Below are positions 27,116 through 38,879 of a stretch of DNA of 64,000 nucleotides, one piece after another. The notes below the pieces were generated by a model. It had not been told where the DNA came from. It made no database searches and worked only from the letters and a program-made list of their open reading frames with translations. The translations under genes were made by a program, and so were the position numbers. The DNA comes from Octopus bimaculoides (Eukaryota). Positions within the stretch are counted from its first letter, which is position 1, and the number at the start of each line of letters is the position of its first letter. The DNA lies in NCBI RefSeq assembly GCF_001194135.2, contig NC_068989.1:55727109-55791108 (forward strand). The letters are read 5' to 3'.

Positions 27116-29049
27116 GCCATAATTTAAAAGTAAATCTGTAACAGCAAGACAGAACTTAACCAGGTTAAACTTTCGTTTTTGTAAAAACTCCTATGAAGAT
27201 AAAAATTATGTGAAGTTACTGTATATAACTTAGGATTTGGGAAAACTTACTTTTTAGCAATGAACTCCTTTCTCAAGCAAATATTTTGTCATATTCAAAA
27301 TTTACTAAGTAGTCCTTATGTGTCACCAAGAGCTAAAAGGTTAAATAACAATAAATTTAAGATATTGAAAAGTTCACTGCAATCATTCACTTAACACTTT
27401 AGCTTTTTGAAAGCTTCCAATTACAATGAGATCTCGTCTTCAACACTATGCTGACAACATTATACTGTACATAAAGAAACTGACTTAGATTCTCACAACA
27501 CAATACAGCAACATTACAAGGGCTATCGACAACTTATTATTGACAGAAAATCCTCAACTTCAAAAAGTTCTGCTAACTTGATGGCATTTTACTCATCTTT
27601 GATAGGTAGCTAATCAATCTTTTTCCAGATTTTCTAAAGAAATCAGCTTGCCATTTTTGACATCGACAATTCACTTTGCATAGTTTTAGAAATTATGATT
27701 TGTCTGTCTAGGTTTTTAAAAGTTTTTGATAAACTTTCTTGTAAATAACTTCTGATACAACTTAAATTTTACTTACTTTAATTTATTTTCCATTTGAAAA
27801 TGAACTATAAAAAAAAATATAATTTATATGACAAAATAATGCATTTAATTTTAATATCAGGTCATTTTGCAATAATTACCTAATATTTATTTGAAATATT
27901 TGTTAGTATTTTTTCACATCTTTATATAAAATGGTAATGGTACTTGTAGAACATGTTATTCTGAGCCATTTTTGCAACAATTTTTAAGTCAGAAATAAAT
28001 CATATTGAAGATGCAATATTATTTCTCTAATGATTCCAAATTTAGCTTTAACTAGACTTGAATCCATTCAAGCCATTATGTCTCAGCAAGACATCTTAGT
28101 CTGCTTTCCTCAGTCTATTTAAATGAAAATGGAAACTACTCTTATTTCTTTGTTAATTTATTGACAAGAAGGACTGCAAGCAGTCGAAACAATTGTCCCA
28201 ACAAATCATAAGTAAATACACAAATATATTGAACTTGATGAGACTACAGAATTTAATGGAACCATGATTGACAAAAGTATACATCGCTCTATATAAAAAT
28301 CATGATAAAAAAAAATAGGCCATAAATAAATGTTTTTTATAATTAGTTATTTAAATTACAACAAAGTACGGTAATGAATACTTCTTGAATGTGTAGTTAT
28401 TGCTAAACAATTTTAAACCACAGAAAATGTCATAAAGACACAAATATATATATAATATATCTCCTGAGTATGCTATCATGAAAAGAACAGATGCAAGACA
28501 AATGTTTTGATCAACTTTGGTAGATACTAAGTTCTCAACATATTTGGACTTGTGATTTTAAAACTTCCATTTTTTTTTGGATACAGTAGTTTTTTTTATT
28601 TAATATTTATATTTGCATTGCTTCAGTTATAATATTTATTGTAATCATCATCATCTTAGTAATAATAATAAATGGACAAGACTGCTGTATGTAATATCAT
28701 TCTTGACTCATCTGTGAGACCTGAATCTAATTTCGATTTTTCTTCTAATGTTTTCTTTGGTCTTTCTCTGCCACAGGTACATTACATATTAGTGCAGCTG
28801 CTCCTTCTTCACATATCATATAAAACCACTGAGGCCCAGCTGATTTCTCATTTCACTTGCCTTCCAGCTTTGATGTAAGCTGATGTTGTATATCCAACAA
28901 ATCACATTTAGCAAAATCCTTGCAGAGCTTCTACAAACCATCCACATTCAGTGTCCCATAACATTATATTCCTTATACACACATCATATTTTGCAAGCAA
29001 TTCTAAACACTTTTCATCATAATCATCATCATCATCATCACTGTTGTCA

Positions 29050-29400
29050 TTGTCATTTGACGTCCATTTTCCATGCTGGCATGAGTTAGGCAGTTTGACT
29101 GGAGCTGGTAAGCCAGTGAACTGCACCAGGCTCCAGTCATCCATTTTGGCTTGATTTCTACAGCAGGATGCCCTTCCTAACACCAACCACTTTACAGAGT
29201 GTACTGAGTGTCTTTTACATGTCACCAACACGGATGCCCTTTTATGTGTCACTGACATGAGTACCCTTTATGTGTCACCAGCACAGGTACCTTTTATGTG
29301 TCACTGGCACAGGTGCCCTTTCCATGTCATCAGCATAGGTACCTTTTACATGTCCCCAGCACAGGTGCCTTTTACATGTCACTGGCACAGGTACATGTCA
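29050..29400 (-). mobile_element. (GAT)n-tailed SINE with an internal ~26-bp minisatellite
   Basis: Typical tail and domain, then about 7 imperfect units of TTTT-ATGTGTCACCAGCACAGGTACC (29212-29395). Confidence 0.75.
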
Positions 29401-31767
29401 TCACCCTTTTAATTCTGTCACTTCTGTCAGTCAACCAAACACCCTATTGTGTGCATGTTTTATGTACCCTTTTCCTGCATTTAATTAGTCTATTCAAATT
29501 CATATGTTTATTGAAAGAATTAGATTTGACTCTTTTCAAAAACCACTGATAAATTTTAGAAAGAGAAAGCTCATACCACCACTTCTTTAGATGCTCATTA
29601 TGTTTAAGTGAAAAGTATTTTTTATCCTATTTAAAGAGGAATCAGTTTTAAACCAAAAATTTGAATTATTGAAGTGTTGCTAACATTCCTGAAAATTTTT
29701 CGTGTTGAGGCTTCTCCCACCAAACAAATGATATGTATAATCCATTTCTCTCAACCACAAATTGTAAGTGTAGGGAGAGAAAGAAAGATAAGGGAGAAAG
29801 ACAGAAAAGTAAGAGGGGTAGAAAAATGAGACAGATGAAAGAACAAAGGAATAAAAGAATGGAGGACTGAAATATTAAATGGATGAATAGTTGTACAAAC
29901 AGCAAGAAGTGACAGAGAGGTAGCATTGGTGTTGAAATCCTTATAGTGACTTAGACCAATATCTGAGATTATACTTCCACTCATGTATACAAGATGTCAA
30001 CATCTCTGATTTGGCATTTTAGTATATACTGGTTGTGAGACAGCTTTTCACAAAACACAACCTGCATTTTTTAATGCTAATTTTTCCTTTGCCAGAGAAA
30101 TAGTTCTTCAATCCTCAGCCATAAGTTATAACCCCTACACAATTAACTCATAATACTGACAACATTCTTTGCTATAAAAAAATGTTTTTTAATTTACTTT
30201 CCCAAAAAGTTTTGTGCGCAGGACTTCGGCAGCAGCCATCTCCATAATGTACACATTTGATGAGCCTAGGGCAACCAACTTTACACAAAACTCAAGAGTC
30301 ATAAGTATTGTTTGTTGGTATGATTATCATTAAATTATATATGTGTATAGGTGGTATGAAAATAATTCAAAATTTAACCTTTTCCTTTGGTATCAACTAT
30401 TTTTTAGTTTTGAGTTCTTGTATGTCTCCTAAATGTGAGCTGCGTACACACACAAAGTAGTCTGAATGTAATTCATGCAAACATTTTGTCTCTTTCTTTA
30501 ACATGCTCAAACCATTATCTTGCATTAGAATTTTTCTCATTATGGTGGTAGTTACATACCTTATTTCTGATGAGATTAAAGTGCTGTTGATTAGGTACAT
30601 AAGTTTCTTTAAATACTCCAACCTAACAATTAAAACCTCCAGAAATAAGCTGTTGTTTTTTTTTTTAGATAAAACTAATATCTAGTAACCAGCTAATAAA
30701 AAAGTAGATAATGACAAATATAACCAATTATTAAATTATAGCTAAGAAAGACAAAATGCATAAACTAGCAATAAGATATACTATGACATCAATAAAGAAG
30801 TTATGTTAATATTCAAAAGAATTAAGATGAACAATAGAATAGAATGCCTACCTAAGAGAAGTATATGTAACTATAAAAGATCATAAAGCATTCTTCATGA
30901 GAAAAATTAATTACAAGTTCATATACTCAGAGATAAGAATTTATATACAAAATATACTAAGAAATGTCAACAATATATATTGCTTACTAGGGATTTTTTA
31001 TTATCATTGAGAGTGAGCAAATGGGTTCCTTTGGAATGTTTATATCTTGTAGCACTTGGCTCAATTTCTTATAAAGGTAGCATTTTCTGGTGATTAGCTT
31101 TAACATTATGTCTAGGAAATTTACAGAAAGTACATGAGTTTGAATAGTTATTTTGAGATTGAATTCCTTAATAGCATTTATTAAGTTTTTCCTAAATGTA
31201 TCTACTTCATGTTTTTAGAGACTGCTAAACCATCTTCTCTGTAGAGTCCTATTTTATTGTGGCTGGATATACTGTTTCTAGTATGTACAGTCCAATTAGT
31301 TTATATATCATTGCATTAGCATTTCATCCCATGTTTGTGTCAAAAAGCTGATAATTTCCAATTGGTTTCTTTAATTATTATAGAACAGAAGAGAATTATG
31401 ATACTTACCTATTGGTCAATGACAATAGTGAATCTTTTTGTAAAATTCATAGCTCCAAATTAGAGTATAAAAATAGATGGTTTTCAAAGAAACTGACATG
31501 AAATATGTCTCGTATATAAAACTGCTCACACATATTTTATACACTCTCCAATCCAAATATATTGAGTCCTACATGAATTGTTGACTCCCTAATCAAACAT
31601 ACATACATATACACAAACACACACACACACACACACATGTATATATACATATATGTACACACACACATGGTATTAATGAAATTTCCATGCCAAATGTTGT
31701 TGCAAGTCATCATCTGATTAATGGTTTTGTTCTTAGAATTAAATAGTGCTGGGAGAAGGTATTAACA

Positions 31768-31817
<50 letters not shown>

Positions 31818-32524
31818 GTGGAAAGGAGAGAGTACTAATAGAGAAGAAGGGACTGAGAGGAGATAAGTTGGAGAAAGAGTCTGTTTTAGAAGAGACATAG
31901 ATAAATTGGAAAAAAGAGAGAGAGAGAGAGAGAGGCGAGTGAAACAGAGAAAGAGAAGGAAAGAGAAAATATCATAACAATTCAAGTTGAATGGGTGTAA
32001 TGAAGATTATGTTTTTAATGCTTTTTCTTGGTTGTTTATTCCAATAGCTTTAAGCAAAATGATAAAACTTGTTTCGTCATGCCAAAAATTACATTGGAGC
32101 AATCTGTTACATACTCTAGATTTGCAGTAAATCTTTTCTTTTTGATGTTTCAGGATTAAAAAAAAAACAGTTTTTCAAGTGGTTTTTTTTTTCAGTCATA
32201 AATAAGTGAGCAATTCTCTATTTGAAATGAAGCATTAATAATGTACAGACTTCTCTCACAATGTTAGCCAAGAATCAGTAGGATAGAGATGAAAAATGGC
32301 AAAAATATACTCAAGCTAACTTTTATAAAGATGCGTTGTGCAGTAGAAAGCAGTAAATCCCAAATTCAGAGTCTAAATGCTATAATCCTATATAAGAAGA
32401 GCATTAAAATGTAAAAACAATTATAGAAAACAATTTTATTTTTAAAATAACCGAAATGAACATTTAATATATAAAAAAAAATGGTAAGGTTTTTTAATGT
32501 AATTATCCTTTTAATTCAAAGATA

Positions 32525-32900
32525 ATATTGGTTTCAAATTTTGGCACAAAACCAGCAATTTCAATTGAGGAGTTAAGACAGTTACATCAACCTGAAGGCA
32601 AAGTTGATGTCGGTGTCTTTCTTTCAAAATGTGAAGACAGACAAAATGCAGCTCAGTATTTTTGCAGGGCATGCTAAAGATTCTGCCAGCTCGCCACCTT
32701 AAATTCATAGATAACATTGGCTTCAAATTTTGGCACAAGGCCAGCAATTTAGGGGAAGGGTGTAAGTCGATTACATCGATCTTCAGTGATCAACTGGTAC
32801 TTATTTTATCAACCTTGAAAAGACGAAAGGCAAAGTTGACCTCAGCGGAATTTGAACTGCAGAGCATGCTAACGATTCTGCCAGCTCACTGCCTTAATTT
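32525..32900 (-). mobile_element. Two to three nested or partial Deu/Nin-like SINEs
   Basis: Repeated TTCAAATTTTGGCACAA tails and GATTCTGCCAGCTC heads. Confidence 0.75.
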
Positions 32901-33527
32901 CAAAGATAATTTCATAAGCAATTTTAATCAATTATAAAATACACACCAATAGAATTCGAACCTAGCAACATAAATATAAGCAAGTAAAATCTCCAATAAT
33001 GATGCTGATGATGCAGTAATTCCACAGCCATTTTTTTTTTTACCTACTAAATCTGGTTACATACATGCATGAACCAAGTCATTTAAACAGTTCCAACAAA
33101 ATAAATTTAGCATATATTTAGCATTGTAGGAGAGTGACACTTAACTGCTGTCAGATCTACATGTAATATCAAAGTAACTAATCACTTACTAATGATCCAC
33201 AAATTTATCATGCCAAGTTTAATTTTGCTTTCTTTAAAAATTATCATTAGACATGTTTATGTATTTGTTTTGCAAAATTCTTGGTGTGAAATGGTGTGCT
33301 AAAACAAATATTTTTATATTTGGGGATGACCATCTTTTGCCAATAAACACACACACTATTTATCTGAGCTCCACTTTTAGCTTTATTACCATTATTATTA
33401 GTAGTAGTTTATTTGTCAGAGTTCTTTCATCACACATTTTGTGACCCCTTTCTGTCACTCATGTCTCCTCTTCTCTCTAGTCTTGTCTTGTCTCTTCTAT
33501 TTTGTCTTCCTATGGCATCACATATCT

Positions 33528-33572
<45 letters not shown>

Positions 33573-33574
33573 AG

Positions 33575-33775
33575 ATCGTGAGCTGGCAGAATCATTAGCA
33601 TGCTAGGCAAAAACTCAGTGGTATTTCATCCATCTTTATGTTCTGAGTTCAACATTGCCTTTCATCTCTTTGGGGTCAATGAAATGAGTACCAGTTGAAA
33701 ACTGGCGGTCGATGTAATCAACTTACCCTTCCCTCTGAAATTGTTGGGCTTGTGCCAAAATTTGAAACCAATATT
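33575..33775 (+). mobile_element. Deu/Nin-like SINE
   Basis: Head follows (GTA)n; core and tail present. Confidence 0.8.
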
Positions 33776-33789
33776 ATTATTATAATTAT

Positions 33790-33905
33790 TATTTATTGTC
33801 TTTGCACAGCTTCTATCACTGGAGATGTACTATGGTGTCAGCTGTTCACTACCAGTGAACTAAGGTAACAACCCTTATTGTTCGAGCACCATCTGGATCA
33901 CCTTC
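33790..33905 (-). mobile_element. R4/Dong-like 3' end (family D1) with structured 3'UTR
   Basis: Minus strand IQMVLEQ* (TAA 33875-33877), then a 3'UTR homologous to 46518-46586 and 49115-49183, then (TAA)n. Confidence 0.65.
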
Positions 33906-33909
33906 ACTG

Positions 33910-34345
33910 ACCCTCTCAAGTTTCACTTGAAAGTGATAGTGGAGAGGGAGGGACTGTCCTCGAGTGAATTTATGAAAAGGTGGGTGAAAGTTGCAAAAAT
34001 GGCAAGAGTGGATGATACCACTTTCAGTGTAGACCTGTGAATTGAAAGAAAGGAGTTGGAGAGGGCTCCAGTCCTTGGTATTCAGGGTGATCTTGGATGG
34101 TGAGGTTCCTTGATTATCCCTAGAGGTCCTCCCATATCAGGGGAACCCCCATCACTATCAATATTTTTTCCCTCTTTTTCTAGTGTTGTATACTATGTAT
34201 ACTTCCCTTCTTCTAATGTATACCGTATATACTTTTTTTTTTATCATTCTATCATATGTAAACCTCATACTTTATGTCTATCTTTGTACTGTCCCCACCC
34301 CACGTCACATCCTTTGCTCTGGTAGCAAATAAAAGAAATCATTAT
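33910..34345 (+). mobile_element. LINE 3' end, probably Tx1/L1 clade
   Basis: FHLKVIVEREGLSSSEFMKRWVKVAKMARVDDTTFSVDL* (33921-34040), then about 300 nt of UTR ending AAATAAAAGAAATC(ATT)n. Clade assignment is inference. Confidence 0.5.
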
Positions 34346-35809
34346 TATTTTTATTATCATTAGATTCATAATGTCAATAAGAAGCAGAATTGAAGGGCCA
34401 TGTGACATCTAGTTACATTCCTTTACACTGTGTTCAAATCCTGCCAGAGTAGACTCTGCATTCCATTATTTTGGGGCAGGGTTGATAAAGAATATACTAA
34501 TAATATACTTGCTGTTCCTTCTACCTACCAACAAAAAACAAAAAAATGTAGTTTTGTGTCAATGTTAGAAATTATTATTACTAGTATGGTTGTATGGCCA
34601 AATACTAGGTCTTTGGATTTCAATGTTCCATATTCCTGACAATATCATGGGTTAATTCCTTCTAAGTATCTATTTGACTACAATAAAACCTGATAAGATG
34701 GAAGCAGATATTTAGCTAAAATATTAAGAAGACATTGCAGTGATAGGTATCAACCACCAGCACCTATAGTCTATTTTATTTAACTGTGTTTTATGGAATT
34801 TATAGATAATTGAGAGTCACAGCTGTTCAAGTTAATGACATGTCAGCTAACTGACCAAAGACTGCACAGTTAGTTTACTATCATCAACACTGTGCGCTGT
34901 CTGTACTTAAGTCATCTAAGTCTCACTATCTGCAAACAAGTGTTATATAGTGAGAAGCAGCTAAGTATTGTAGAGTAGAAAGAAACCTTTATAATAAACA
35001 TATGTTTTATTGACATGCAATACTAATTCCATTTCCTATTGAAAGATGCTCTTCTGAAAGCTATGGAACTAGTCATCCATTGATGTATGTTAGTGAAAAA
35101 AAGTGAAGCAACTAGCTACTTATCACACTTATATGAAATAATAAAGATTGATTCATTGATAGCTGCTGTTCAGTGTTATAGCTTTCTTAAGACGCCTATC
35201 TTAATGTTGCTGGAAAGGTAATAATCATATGAAAAAACAACATCACTGTAGATTATGATGCCTGAATCATGGAAGCAGAGTTAAAAAGAAAAAAACTGAA
35301 AAAAGAAAAAGTAAACTCAGAGAAACTATTTATTTCATTATGTTGAAGATCTTAGAGCAAAGAACAATATTAATCTTATAAAAACATAATCAATATTTAG
35401 AAACAGTATAAGAGTTGTAAACTACCAAAGAGTCCATCATTTATAAAGCCTAGACAAGAATCTATCACCGAGTCATATTACTTTATCCTGCATTTAAATT
35501 TAGTTCAATAGGTTGATCAAACTTAATATTCAGATAGCTTTCTCACCATAATATTTCTGTATGTCTTATCAATTTAGCAAAAAATCTTGATAAGTAACTT
35601 CAGCATCAAAGACAGTCATTGGTATATTGGCAGAACTGGCAGAGCATCAGACTGTTTTATCAGTTCCCTATCAATTATGGACAACTTTCCCTTTTATACT
35701 TTTGGGCTTAATAAAATAAGTGTCAGTGTTTTAATCAACTATATCACCTACTCTACAAAATATAATCCTTCTAACTTGTAAAAGAAATTAATATTATTAT
35801 GGCAGACCA

Positions 35810-36025
35810 AGGTAGCAAGCTGGCAGAATCATCAGCATGCTGGGCAAAATGCTTAGTGGCATTTCCTTTGTATTTACATTCTGAGTTCAAATTCCACCAA
35901 GGTCAACTTTGCCTTTCATCGTTTCAGGGTCAACAAAATAAATACCAGTTGAGCACTGGGGCCGATGTAATCAACTTACCCCTTCTACTGCACTTGTTGG
36001 CCTTATGTCAAAATTTGAAACCAAT
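35810..36025 (+). mobile_element. Deu/Nin-like SINE (an older copy lies at about 35625-35760)
   Basis: Head, core and tail present. Confidence 0.8.
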
Positions 36026-38034
36026 ATATTATGGCAGACCAATTACAAAGCAGCAGTGTCTCTTAGCAAATATGCATTTCAGCACAATTTTGATTCTCAT
36101 TATAATGGAATTAATTTCCAAGTAATTCTGTGAAGAAAGGCATGAACATTATCTAAAAAATCTTTGTTTTCATACCTAATTAAAAAATTAACTAAGCTAA
36201 TATTTAAGAAAAATAATGATTCCACACCTAAGATATTGACTGTATTGTGTCATTTATATCTTGGGGCAAGACAATTAAGTCATTTGCTTAAGGCATTATA
36301 TCTAATTAAGAAATCACATTGAATTATTGGCATTGATATCATACAGAATGAGATAAAATGCTTTTATACCTAACTCAGTACTTCACATTTGTATATTCAG
36401 TGAGACACAATTTTACTTTCAACTTTCTGGATCACTGGAACAGTTTGAGTTAAGTGAAATAGAAAATTTTATAAAAATGGAATTGTTCTCCAAAATGAGA
36501 TAATAATTATGATTGTTATTAAATGGCTTTGAAGAAATATTTATAAATGATCATTCTGAACATATGTTTTCAAAAAATCAAACATCACCAACATCAGCTC
36601 AACTTGCCTGAAGAAATTGTATTCAAATGTTTCTTTATATTATTCCCTAACAGTGCTAAGTATCTTATTGGCCATTTAATAAGCTAATAATTAACAGATC
36701 TCTAAACATTTAAATTACTACTATAAAAGATTGGCTTGTGGAAATGAATAACTACAATAACTTAATAAAGTTTATTTGTTGTTTTAAGTCAATATAGGTT
36801 TGTTTGGATGGTTTTACAAAATGAAAAATTGACAATGAATGTTTGAAAAGAATGGACTGTATGATTGATAACTGTTTTGTGTATCTGGCATATTGTAGAG
36901 CAAATAGTTAGAAGGCTGAGATAAGCATGTTACAATATCAGGAAAAGGTAACATCATATTATATGATTCTATTAGAAAGAATAGCACTGGAACCATTCTT
37001 CATCAATTATTAGTTAATCAAATTATTCATATTTCTAGAAGCAATGAGCACCTATTAAATTAATACTCTATTTTGTGGGTAGTCAAAGTGAGTGAGACAC
37101 TTAGGATATCAATCAAATGACCAGGATTTACCAAACTTGTTCAAGTTCAAGGACTATCTGGTGAGGTTTTCTGTATGATCAGAGACCTCTAGCTCAAGCC
37201 AAAATAAAATGTTAAATACTGTAATCCAAGATGTCACTGACAATAATGCTATCCAAAATGTTACTAATATCTAAGATAACTGGCTAAAAAAGTTTTTTTA
37301 AATTATATAAACAAAGCAATATGATTCAACCCCAGGTTTAAACTGAAGATCTATTTCCACTTATTTTTTGATACAATTAATTAGAGAAAAAAAAAAAGCA
37401 AAAGCAAAAATAAAAACATTGCATTGAGTCAATATCATGTGTTTGGCGTTTAAAGCTATTCGAAAGCATGAGACTGATTAGTCTTTTATAAATAGTTTTA
37501 TATGAATAGGATTAACCCTCTTGCCATCTCTTGCCTCAGGTTGTTATACCTTCCAGTGAGACTTTAGTTTTATTTTCTTTTACATATGGCATTCATTAAC
37601 AAACTTGCACCTAAAAACCAACATAGATTAGAATTTTCCAACTACTGGTAATGTCATGTGTGTGTACACACACAGATACACACCCTCAACACAGACAAAC
37701 AGCAAAAAAGTTTCACTGCAGAAAAGAACTTTAGAAATCTTGGAAAATTAAGGGGGGTTCTTTTTGTTTGTTTGTTTTGGGGTGAGAATTAAACTTGTTC
37801 AAAAGCTGAAACAATGCAAAATGAATGAAATAAAGAAGTGAAAACAGGAAGGTAGTTAATAATTTACCTTGTATTTCTTCTACATTTCAGGACAGGAAGA
37901 AATGCGAAATGATGTAGAGCCTTTATTGTTGCTTAGATATGTGGGAAAGGGTAGTGACATGTGCAGGCTGGTGTTTTTTTTTTTTGTTTTTTTTCATAGT
38001 AACAAATCTTCTACATATAGCTCTTGTTTATTGA

Positions 38035-38750
38035 TTAATGAAGGTTTAAACTTAAGATATCTTCCTTAATTCTAGGATTGCTTATGTTGCATTCTGTAGA
38101 GCTAATAGTTATAGTAAAATCCAGGGTCTGCCACCTCAGCAAATGTTTATAAACTGAAGTGTTTATGTGCATATATTCTTTCATATGGCTATGTAGCTTT
38201 CTGATGGTGCTCCCAATGCAAAAAGTGCCATATTTGCTGCAGACCATCTCATGTACTACCTATATGCTTGAACACATGTCTAAGTTGTTGATGGACAGAG
38301 TACACCCCTCAATGCTGTTTGTAGTTCAATTTCTAGACAGGAACTTCCTCAAGGATGCAGTGGAGTACATCATCTGAATGTTCAATCCCTCCCAGTAGAT
38401 TGCTTGGTAGATTGCAGCAACAATTCTGTCATCAAAGTAAGATTGCTTAAGAAGCATGTGACATCCCTGAATCTATGAGCCTTCTTATGATGTTTATTAA
38501 CATCAATATTATAGCTATGCTGTTGTTTGGCTTAAGATGGTGGAGAGCCATTGTCTAGCATGATCTTGTGGAACCATTTGATGTTGATAACTTTGTCTGC
38601 TGCATTGATGCACTTGTTGCATATAGGTAAGATTTTGTTTCTTATATTTTTCATATAGACAGCCTTGACTCTGGTGGCAAAAGTCCACTCATACTGTTTA
38701 TCTTTTTAAATAGGTGGCCTGAAGCCAAAATATGTTTGACCCTCTTACAC
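38035..38750 (-). mobile_element. Penelope-like element fragment with GIY-YIG endonuclease
   Basis: ORF 38035-38247 VCSKYGTFCIGSTIRKLHSHMKEY...SVYKHL fits the Penelope C..C...YIG.T.R.L..R..EH motif; upstream extent is approximate. Confidence 0.6.
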
Positions 38751-38879
38751 TGAAGGGTTGATCTTACATTTGTCACTTATCTATCAATATATGCTTCTTT
38801 CTAAGTATTTTATTTACAGTCAGAAATATTAAGTCCCAGATCATCTTTATGAGCAAAACAAGTTCTATTTACTTTGAAA

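Noticed and set aside
29212-29395. CRISPR-like periodic array
   Set aside because: Units are adjacent degenerate repeats without unique spacers, inside a SINE, in eukaryotic DNA with no cas genes.
31409-31492. 84-nt minus-strand exon with a perfect GTAAGT donor
   Set aside because: Stops in all three frames and no other support.
33804-33873. HDV-like or pistol ribozyme assignment (CTAAG on the opposite strand)
   Set aside because: No G1, P1.1 GG or P3/L3 placement fits, and the G-U pattern and upstream ORF favour the other strand as a Dong 3'UTR.
37891-37950. Plus-strand 60-nt exon (GQEEMRNDVEPLLLLRYVGK)
   Set aside because: Weak donor (GTAGTG), isolated, and no recognisable homology.
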